Shown piece after piece: positions 25,187 through 32,000 of a DNA stretch of 32,000 nt. Source of the stretch: Rickettsiaceae bacterium. GTDB taxonomy: Bacteria > Pseudomonadota > Alphaproteobacteria > Rickettsiales > Rickettsiaceae. The stretch is taken from positions 241,471-273,470 of the forward strand of contig CBDBTV010000017.1 in the NCBI GenBank assembly GCA_965211855.1, written 5' to 3'. Numbering within the stretch: the stretch's first letter is position 1; every line of letters starts with the position of its first letter. A model generated the notes under the pieces. The model was not told where the DNA came from, ran no database searches, and saw nothing but the letters and a program-made list of their open reading frames with translations. A program made the translations under genes and the position numbers.

Positions 25187-26224
25187 TTAATTCTCAATTT
25201 CAGTAAAAAGATTTGTTTGTTTGTTGGCCTCTCTATTTGGTGGTTGCAAACCAAGATGGGAGAATGCATTATCTGTTATAACTCTGCCTCTAGGAGTTCT
25301 TTGCAGAAGACCTATTTGTATTAAGTATGGCTCAATAGCTTCTTCGATTGCATCTCTTTGTTCGGATAGTGCCGCTGCAATTGTTTCGACTCCAACTGGT
25401 CCACCATTATAATTATCTGAAATAAATTTTAAATATCTATAATCATTACTATCAAGACCGGCTTTATCCACTTCTAAACGGTTTAGAGCGCTATCTGCTA
25501 TTTTCTCATCAATTTCATTTTTGTTTTCAACAGATGCAAAATCGCGAACTCTTTTAAGGAGACGCAAGGCAATTCTAGGAGTTCCTCTTGAGCGCTTTGC
25601 TATCTCTTCTGCACCCTTTTGTGAAATTTGAGTGTTTAGTAGTTCGGCTGCGCGGTTTAACACTTTGACTAGTTCTTCTGTATTATAGAAATTTAATCTT
25701 AGTGGAATGCCGAATCTATCTCTTAGTGGGTTGCTTAGCAAGCCAAGTCGAGTAGTTGCGCCTATTAAAGTAAATTTAGGTATGTCAATTCTAACTGAGC
25801 GGGCTGCTGGCCCCTCGCCAATTATTATATCTAGATAAAAATCTTCCATTGCAGGGTATAGTACTTCCTCAATATTAGTATTCAATCTATGAATTTCATC
25901 AATAAAAAGTACATCATTTTCTTGGAGGTTTGTAAGTATTGCGGCAAGATCAGCTGCTTTTGATAATGTTGGGCCAGAGGTAGCTTTGAAATTTACTCCC
26001 ATTTCTTTAGCTACAATATGAGAAAGAGACGTTTTTCCAAGCCCTGGCGGTCCGTAAAATAGAGTGTGATCTAATGCTTCATTCCTTTTGCTTGCTGCTT
26101 GAATAAAGACATTTAAATTTGATTTGATGTGCTCTTGACCCACAAAATCTAATAGGTAATTAGGGCGTAAGGAAAAATCTACATCCGTTTCAAGTTCATT
26201 TCCATCTAAGAGTTCTTTTGCCAT
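25187..26224 (-). CDS. ruvB: Holliday junction branch migration ATPase RuvB
   Basis: 345 aa. It has LRP..L.DF.GQE, Walker [11 protein letters not shown], Walker [11 protein letters not shown], and [18 protein letters not shown]. Confidence 0.95.
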   Translation of the reverse strand: MAKELLDGNELETDVDFSLRPNYLLDFVGQEHIKSNLNVFIQAASKRNEALDHTLFYGPPGLGKTSLSHIVAKEMGVNFKATSGPTLSKAADLAAILTNLQENDVLFIDEIHRLNTNIEEVLYPAMEDFYLDIIIGEGPAARSVRIDIPKFTLIGATTRLGLLSNPLRDRFGIPLRLNFYNTEELVKVLNRAAELLNTQISQKGAEEIAKRSRGTPRIALRLLKRVRDFASVENKNEIDEKIADSALNRLEVDKAGLDSNDYRYLKFISDNYNGGPVGVETIAAALSEQRDAIEEAIEPYLIQIGLLQRTPRGRVITDNAFSHLGLQPPNREANKQTNLFTEIEN

Positions 26225-26233
26225 AAAAATATA

Positions 26234-26839
26234 TTAGTTTGAGTTTTTTAAACCAAGTTTAATTAGGTCATTAATAGAAATATCCGGTGATTCGCTTAGT
26301 ATAGAGTTTATACGTATCTGAGCATCAGATTTACCAATACCAAGACTAACTAAAGCGGCTACTGCATCATTCATATTATCGTTTGTACTGTTTGATAAAG
26401 CTATGCCAGTTTTTATAGGTACTACTCCTGTTGTGTTAGTTATAAACTTATCCTTGAGTTCAGTTATTATTCTTTCTGCTAGCTTCTTTCCAACGCCAGA
26501 AACATTATTAAATACAACTTTATCTTGTGTGGATAGGGCAAGTCCTATTTCCTCAGGCGTTAATTCGCTAAGGATTGCAAGAGCCATACGGGTTCCTACT
26601 CCTTTTACGGATTGTAGGATGTTAAAAGTGTTTTTTTCTTCCACATTATAAAACCCATAAAGATGAATATGATCTTCACGTACGTGTGTTTCGATTAGGA
26701 GCTCAGCATATTCTTCAGGAGCTAACTTGCTTAGGGTTTTTGCTGAGCAGAAAGCAAGGTAACCGACTCCATTAACGTCAACTATTACTTGCCCATTTTC
26801 GTTGTTTAATTCAATTTTTCCTTTAAGTTTGCCGATCAT
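26234..26839 (-). CDS. ruvA: Holliday junction DNA helicase subunit RuvA
   Basis: The ORF track extends to 26902. The conserved RuvA N-terminus MIGKLKGKIE starts at the internal ATG (26839-26837). The HhH motifs are present (VKGVGTRMALAILS, VSGVGKKLAERI). Confidence 0.9.
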   Translation of the reverse strand: MIGKLKGKIELNNENGQVIVDVNGVGYLAFCSAKTLSKLAPEEYAELLIETHVREDHIHLYGFYNVEEKNTFNILQSVKGVGTRMALAILSELTPEEIGLALSTQDKVVFNNVSGVGKKLAERIITELKDKFITNTTGVVPIKTGIALSNSTNDNMNDAVAALVSLGIGKSDAQIRINSILSESPDISINDLIKLGLKNSN

Positions 26840-26921
26840 AAATATTTCTGGTTGCGCTTCGAAATTCATAGTTATACTATCAGCCAGACAAACATTACGC
26901 AATTAAATCTAAAAAATTATA

Positions 26922-28178
26922 ATGTATCGGGAACATAGCTCTTATATTATTGCTATCTTAGCAACCATAGTTAGATATTATGACTATGCGTTATTTGGGC
27001 TATCAGCTTCTGTTATCTCAAAGACATTTATGCCTGGATCAGATGATAGTGATCAAATGTTACTATTTTTTGCTGTGTTTAGTTTAGCCGTAGTAGCTAG
27101 GCCATTAGGTTCAGTCTTGTTTGGTAAAATAGGTGATAGAGTAAGCCGAGTTGCGAGTGTAAAAATTGCTACAATTATTGCGGCTATATCTACAAGTGCA
27201 ATAGCTTTAATACCAAGTTTTAATTCATGGGGATGGGTTTCTGTTATGTTGCTCACTCTGTGCCGCATGATGTTTTTAATGAGTTTAGCAGGTGAAATAG
27301 ATGCTATCAAAATATTCGTTGCTGAGAAAATTGGCAAAAAAAGGCGTAATTTTGCTATTGGTGTGGTTTCTTTTTCGTCTCAGCTAGGTGTCATTTTAGC
27401 TTCTGTTATGTTTCATATTGCAATTAGTATTGAAGAGCTTGAGTCTGCATGGCGTTTGAATTTTGTGTTTGGAGGATTTCTAGGAATAATCGTTATCATG
27501 TTGCGAGGGTATTTAATAGAAAGTCAAACATTTTTAAATAGTAAATCGCGTATGAGCCAAGAGGTTAATTCTGGAATAGGAACTTTAGTCGTTAATAATA
27601 GATTGAAATTTTTCTTATCAATGATTGTTAATGGTATGCTTGGAGGTGGGTACCATTTCTTAATTATTTTTTTAGGAACATTTGCTGCAAATATCGCCGA
27701 TGTAATAAGTATAAACCAAGCATCTTCGAGCAATATTACATTGATAGCACTTTACGGTATGGGTTGCTTTATTTCAGGGTATTTAGCAGATCATATAAAT
27801 CCTTTAAAGCAGATTTCTTTTGCGCTTAGTTTAAGTATTATTTGCGTTCTAATTATGGAATTCATGATCGGTGCTGGTATATTCTCCTTTGCATTACACA
27901 GAGCTTTAGCTTTTGTGGTTCCATTCTATTCGGTTCCTTGTGCGATAAAAATTCAGTCTCTTTTTCCGACTGGTATAAGGATGAGAATGTATAGTTTGTC
28001 ACATTCGATTGGTAGTATGATTTTTTCTTCAACAACCCCTTTTGTTTGTATGTTAATTTGGCGTTGGACAGGTATGTTTTCAATGGTGCTGGGGTATTTT
28101 TTGTTGCAATTAGGTTTGTTGTTCTTTGTATTGATTTACACAAGAAGAAAGGAATATTCTAATTTTTTTGAAACATAA
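26922..28178 (+). CDS. MFS transporter, ProP-like (osmolyte/metabolite:H+ symporter family)
   Basis: 418 aa, about 12 TM segments. It has N-terminal ...YYDYALFG... and the loop motif GKIGDRVSR (MFS G-x-x-x-D-R-x-G-R-like) between TM2 and TM3. Such paralogs are common in Rickettsiales. The substrate is unknown. Confidence 0.75.
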   Translation: MYREHSSYIIAILATIVRYYDYALFGLSASVISKTFMPGSDDSDQMLLFFAVFSLAVVARPLGSVLFGKIGDRVSRVASVKIATIIAAISTSAIALIPSFNSWGWVSVMLLTLCRMMFLMSLAGEIDAIKIFVAEKIGKKRRNFAIGVVSFSSQLGVILASVMFHIAISIEELESAWRLNFVFGGFLGIIVIMLRGYLIESQTFLNSKSRMSQEVNSGIGTLVVNNRLKFFLSMIVNGMLGGGYHFLIIFLGTFAANIADVISINQASSSNITLIALYGMGCFISGYLADHINPLKQISFALSLSIICVLIMEFMIGAGIFSFALHRALAFVVPFYSVPCAIKIQSLFPTGIRMRMYSLSHSIGSMIFSSTTPFVCMLIWRWTGMFSMVLGYFLLQLGLLFFVLIYTRRKEYSNFFET

Positions 28179-28205
28179 AAGGGTTTAGTAGGAGAAAATT
28201 TTAAA

Positions 28206-28235
28206 TTTGACAAGTAAAAATAGTGACTCCTAGAT
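28206..28235 (+). promoter_or_regulatory. Candidate sigma-70 promoter for the atpHAG...D operon
   Basis: TTGACA (28206-28211), an 18-nt spacer, then TAGATA (28230-28235), 55 nt upstream of the atpH ATG. This is sequence pattern only. Confidence 0.35.
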
Positions 28236-28290
28236 ATTTTACTGCTATCTTCAATCTCAGTTACAAATATATATAACTTTTAAACTTTAA

Positions 28291-28842
28291 ATGTCGTTAG
28301 ATCTAAAGATTGTAAAAAATTATTCTCAAGCACTATATTCTGGTGCCAAAAAGAGCAAAGTAGAAGACAAAGTGTTGGAGCAAATTACGGTTTTAGGGCA
28401 AGTTGTTTCAAATTCTTCGAGAGTAATGCAAGCGTTGTGTTCACCGATAGTAGATAGTCAAATAAAAAAGAAAATTTTAGATTTGGTTGCATCGAAACTT
28501 AAATTTGAAAAAACAACCATTAATTTTTTGCATATCCTAGTTAAAAATTCTAGATTTTCATTAATTCTTGAAATAATAGAAAATTTCTCTGAAATTATCG
28601 CAGAGAGTAAGGATATTAAATATGCCAGGATTTCTTCGGCATACAAGCTAGGAAAGAAAGAATTAGATTTAATTAGTGGCTTTTTAGAGTCAGAGCTTGG
28701 TAAAAAAATAGATCTTGAAACAAATATAGATTCCTCGCTGATTGGTGGAGCTGTTATAGAATATGATTGCAATTTGATTGATTGTTCAGTTAGTGGAGCA
28801 CTGGATAGAATAAAAAAGATTGCAGTTGATTCGAAAATGTAG
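28291..28842 (+). CDS. atpH: F1 ATP synthase subunit delta (OSCP)
   Basis: 183 aa. It sits immediately upstream of atpA. The N-terminus Y.QAL...A and the C-terminus IDSSLIGGAVIEYD....D.SV.G.L are typical of OSCP. Confidence 0.85.
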   Translation: MSLDLKIVKNYSQALYSGAKKSKVEDKVLEQITVLGQVVSNSSRVMQALCSPIVDSQIKKKILDLVASKLKFEKTTINFLHILVKNSRFSLILEIIENFSEIIAESKDIKYARISSAYKLGKKELDLISGFLESELGKKIDLETNIDSSLIGGAVIEYDCNLIDCSVSGALDRIKKIAVDSKM

Positions 28843-28929
28843 TTTTGTTCTTATGTTTATGTGTAATTACATAAATAGTAGATCATTAGTTTAGTAATAA
28901 ATTTGTCTTTTTAAAAGGAGTTTTAGAAA

Positions 28930-30465
28930 ATGGCATTAAATCCTTCAGAAATATCAGAAATTTTAGAACGTGAAATAGGCGGCATTGAGCAGTTAGGTGA
29001 GCTTCAGGAAGTCGGCTATGTGATTACGGTTGGTGATGGTATTGCTAAAGTTTATGGAATTGATAATGTTCAAGCTGGCGAAATGGTTGAATTTGATTCA
29101 GGTGTTAAAGGGCTAGTTTTAAACCTTGAAAGCGACATGGTTGGCGTAGTTATTATGGGTGATGATAGCTCTGTTCGCCAAGGAGATAAAGTTAAAAGAA
29201 CTGGTGATATTTTGCAAACTCCTGTTGGACCGGCGATGGTTGGGCGCGTAGTAGACGCTCTGGGACGTCCGATCGATGGTAAAGGAGATATTGTTACCAA
29301 AGACTATAGTCGTGTAGAAGTTAAGGCTCCTGGGATTATAGGTAGAAAAAGTGTTCATGAACCGGTTCAAACTGGTATTAAAGCAATTGATGCATTGATA
29401 CCAATTGGTAGAGGGCAAAGAGAGCTAATTATTGGCGATAGGCAAACTGGAAAAACTGCTATTGCTATTGATACGATTATTAATCAAAAACCAGCTCACT
29501 TAGTAGATAATGATGCAGAAAAGATATTTTGTGTATATGTTGCGATTGGTCAGAAGAGGTCCACAGTTGCTCAAATAGTAAAGAAGCTTGAGGAAGCTGG
29601 TGCAATGGAATATACAGTAGTAGTATCTGCAACTGCATCTGATCCTGCGCCACTACAATTCTTGGCGCCATATACAGGTTGTGCAATTGGTGAATATTTC
29701 AGAGATAATGCAAAACATTCGTTGGTAATTTATGATGATTTGAGTAAGCATGCTGTTGCATATCGTCAGATTTCATTGCTGCTTAGACGTCCCCCAGGGC
29801 GTGAAGCCTATCCGGGTGATGTGTTTTATTTACATTCAAGGTTACTTGAACGTGCTGCTAAATTATCAGATGAAAAAGGTGGAGGTTCACTGACTGCGTT
29901 GCCTATTGTTGAGACGCAAGCTGGTGATGTATCTGCTTATATTCCAACAAATGTAATATCTATTACTGATGGACAAATTTTTCTAGAGAGTGAGTTGTTT
30001 TATAAAGGTATAAGACCTGCTGTTAATGTTGGTATATCTGTTAGTCGTGTTGGTTCAGCTGCTCAGATTAAGGCAATTAAAAAAGTTTCTGGTTCAATGA
30101 AATTGGAACTAGCTCAATTTAGAGAGATGGAAGCATTTGCTCAGTTTGGATCTGATTTAGATGCATCGACGCAGCAGCTAATTAGGCATGGTCAGAAATT
30201 AACAGAGCTTTTAAAACAGCCACAATATTCTCCATTTGTTGTTGAGGAACAAGTTGTATCTCTATATGCCGGTGTGAATGGCTATTTAGAAAAGATTGAT
30301 GCTACAAAAGTTCGTGATTTCGAAGATAAGTTAATAGACGATATTAGGCTTAAAGGAGAAAGCATATTGACATCAATTCGAGAAGAAAAGCAATTGAGCG
30401 AAGAGAATGAAGAAAAGTTGAAAACTTATCTTACAAAGTTTGTTGAAGAATTTTTGGGTAATTAA
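28930..30465 (+). CDS. atpA: F1 ATP synthase subunit alpha
   Basis: 511 aa. It has the P-loop [15 protein letters not shown], plus [29 protein letters not shown] and ITDGQIFLE. Confidence 0.97.
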   Translation: MALNPSEISEILEREIGGIEQLGELQEVGYVITVGDGIAKVYGIDNVQAGEMVEFDSGVKGLVLNLESDMVGVVIMGDDSSVRQGDKVKRTGDILQTPVGPAMVGRVVDALGRPIDGKGDIVTKDYSRVEVKAPGIIGRKSVHEPVQTGIKAIDALIPIGRGQRELIIGDRQTGKTAIAIDTIINQKPAHLVDNDAEKIFCVYVAIGQKRSTVAQIVKKLEEAGAMEYTVVVSATASDPAPLQFLAPYTGCAIGEYFRDNAKHSLVIYDDLSKHAVAYRQISLLLRRPPGREAYPGDVFYLHSRLLERAAKLSDEKGGGSLTALPIVETQAGDVSAYIPTNVISITDGQIFLESELFYKGIRPAVNVGISVSRVGSAAQIKAIKKVSGSMKLELAQFREMEAFAQFGSDLDASTQQLIRHGQKLTELLKQPQYSPFVVEEQVVSLYAGVNGYLEKIDATKVRDFEDKLIDDIRLKGESILTSIREEKQLSEENEEKLKTYLTKFVEEFLGN

Positions 30466-30477
30466 GAATAGAATATA

Positions 30478-31350
30478 ATGTCTGGTCTAAAGCAACTTAG
30501 AAATAGAGTAAAGAGTATTAAGTCTACTCAGAAAATCACGAAAGCTATGCACGTAGTATCTGCGGCAAAGCTTAAAAAGGTAAAAGAGCAGGCTGAGAAT
30601 TTAAATTTATATTCTGAAGTTCTTGGAAATATTATGTATGATATTTCTACAGGTGGTAATTTAATGGATTTGCCGGCCAAGGACCGTATGTTCTTTAGTA
30701 AAAAACTAAAAGAAATGCCATACTTACTAGTTGTTATGACTTCTGAGCGTGGTCTTTGTGGAGGATTCAACTCTAGCATTATTAGAAAAGTGAAAAAAGA
30801 TGTTCGTGCTTTCCAAAAAGAAGGAAAAGAAGTAAAGTTGCTTGTTATTGGAAAAAAAGGTAGGGATGGTCTGCGCGGGAAATATGCAAAATTGATAGAA
30901 GAATATTATCCGAATCCCAAGGGTAATGCTGCTTGCATGTCACGCCAAGTTAAAAATAAAATGATTGAGATGATAGAAAACGAAGAAGCTGGTGCTTGTT
31001 ATATGTATTACAACAAGTTCAAGAATGCTATGACTCAAGTGATGACCAGACGGAAAATTTTACCTGCTAGTAATACTGCAAATGCAAAAGAAAGTACTGT
31101 TTCTGAATATGAATATGAAGGAGAAAATCTAGTTCATGAGGTAATTAATTTATATATGAGCGGCCAGATTAATTACGGTCTACTGCAGAATAAAGCTAGT
31201 GAAGAAGGGGCAAGAATGACAGCGATGGATAATGCTACTAGAAATGCTGGTGAGCTTATTGAAAAATTAACACTGAAGTTAAACAGATCAAGACAAGCAA
31301 TTATTACGACCGAGCTTACAGAGATTATATCTGGTGCTGAGGCGGTATAG
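30478..31350 (+). CDS. atpG: F1 ATP synthase subunit gamma
   Basis: 290 aa. It has N-terminal LKQLRNRVKSIKSTQKITKAMHVVSAAKL, then SERGLCGGFNS, and C-terminal NRSRQAIITTELTEIISGAEA. Confidence 0.95.
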   Translation: MSGLKQLRNRVKSIKSTQKITKAMHVVSAAKLKKVKEQAENLNLYSEVLGNIMYDISTGGNLMDLPAKDRMFFSKKLKEMPYLLVVMTSERGLCGGFNSSIIRKVKKDVRAFQKEGKEVKLLVIGKKGRDGLRGKYAKLIEEYYPNPKGNAACMSRQVKNKMIEMIENEEAGACYMYYNKFKNAMTQVMTRRKILPASNTANAKESTVSEYEYEGENLVHEVINLYMSGQINYGLLQNKASEEGARMTAMDNATRNAGELIEKLTLKLNRSRQAIITTELTEIISGAEAV

Positions 31351-31383
31351 TTTGTTAATTCAAAATTATTAGGAGTTAAATTT

Positions 31384-31605
31384 ATGCCATTTCTGAATAT
31401 TCAATTAATGAAAGGGCGTACGCTGGATCAAAAGCGTAAACTTGTTGAATCAGTTACTAAGGCTGTTTGTGATTCTGTTGATTCAACACCTGATAAGGTA
31501 AGGATAGTTCTGTCTGAAATGGATGCAGAGGACTGTGCGATTGCTGGTAAGTTAGTTGTTGATAAAGATGATTCATATTGCAGGTATGGTAAGGAAAAAA
31601 AATAA
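31384..31605 (+). CDS. 4-oxalocrotonate tautomerase family protein
   Basis: 73 aa starting MP. It aligns without gaps to recalled P. putida 4-OT, which keeps Pro1, Arg11 (..KGR) and Arg39 (KVRIV). The RBS AGGAG lies 8 nt upstream. Confidence 0.8.
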   Translation: MPFLNIQLMKGRTLDQKRKLVESVTKAVCDSVDSTPDKVRIVLSEMDAEDCAIAGKLVVDKDDSYCRYGKEKK

Positions 31606-31653
31606 AAAGAGAATTTAAATTTTAATTATATTTGTTTGTATAGGTTTTTTAAA

Positions 31654-32000
31654 ATGAAAAAGAATGAAGGAAAAATAACGCAAATTATTTCAGCTGTGGT
31701 TGATGTGAAATTTGATGGTGGTGCTCAGCTTCCCAACATTTTGAACGCTCTTGAATGTGAAAATAATGGTCAAAAATTAGTTTTAGAGGTCGCGCAGCAT
31801 ATTGGCGATAGCACTGTTCGTTGTATTGCGATGGATTCGACAGATGGTTTGACCAGAGGTCAAGTAGTAGTTGATACTGGTGATTCTATAAGAGTACCAG
31901 TTGGTAAAGAAACCCTTGGAAGAATAATGAATGTTGTGGGTTATCCTGTTGATGAGCAAGGTCCAATAAAAGCAAAAGATACTTCATCAATTTACCGTGA
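31654..32000 (+). CDS. atpD: F1 ATP synthase subunit beta, N-terminal ~115 codons. The gene continues past the window end.
   Basis: Absent from the ORF track because the window edge truncates it. From ATG 31654 it reads [31 protein letters not shown].....[52 protein letters not shown], the canonical AtpD N-terminal beta-barrel domain. Confidence 0.92.
   Translation, partial: MKKNEGKITQIISAVVDVKFDGGAQLPNILNALECENNGQKLVLEVAQHIGDSTVRCIAMDSTDGLTRGQVVVDTGDSIRVPVGKETLGRIMNVVGYPVDEQGPIKAKDTSSIYR

Noticed and set aside
1-32000. CRISPR arrays, rRNA genes, prophage or integrase genes, toxin-antitoxin pairs and defence-system signatures
   Set aside because: I saw no regularly spaced direct repeats, no rRNA-like conserved blocks, and no integrase, recombinase, nuclease or ATPase gene combinations. 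Apart from the IS, all ORFs are housekeeping genes or single orphans.

Overview
The window is AT-rich (about one-third G+C by eye) and densely coding. It looks like core chromosome of an obligate-intracellular alphaproteobacterium, most like Rickettsiaceae. That placement rests on an rOmpB/Sca5-type autotransporter ending ...HQGTLKVRVNF, a ProP-like MFS permease, and palindromic repeats resembling Rickettsia palindromic elements. It comes from recalled sequences, not from a search.

I can support 29 protein-coding genes, two of them cut by the window edges:
- fabD (partial), slt, bcp
- an orphan protein
- eukaryote-type glutamine synthetase II
- a 1565-aa autotransporter
- rpoZ, an AEC-family permease, full-length spoT/rsh
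- one intact IS982-family insertion sequence
- umuD-like plus umuC
- acpS, murC-murB-ddl-ftsQ
- a small Lys-rich orphan
- idi, an AlaC-like aminotransferase, a possible TfoX-N-like protein
- ruvA-ruvB, an MFS permease
- atpH-atpA-atpG, a 4-oxalocrotonate-tautomerase-family gene, and atpD (partial)

I found no rRNA, tRNA or CRISPR array.

I do not see a clear new multi-gene system such as a defence island or toxin-antitoxin pair. The most unusual item is the umuD-like/umuC pair. The UmuD homologue keeps the Ala-Gly cleavage site, but both residues of the Ser-Lys self-cleavage dyad are substituted (Ala57, Arg94), while UmuC looks catalytically intact. An IS982-family element with intact flanking direct repeats sits about 60-75 bp upstream.

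Other items worth a second look:
- a 660-bp G+C-richer spacer full of degenerate palindromic repeats between rpoZ and the permease/spoT genes
- a tautomerase gene inside the atp operon
- a dcw cluster that stops at ftsQ
- phased TTGAGTT heptamers in a divergent promoter region
- an orphan acidic/basic protein in an AT-rich gap

All functional calls come from motif recognition and recalled reference sequences. No database search was run.
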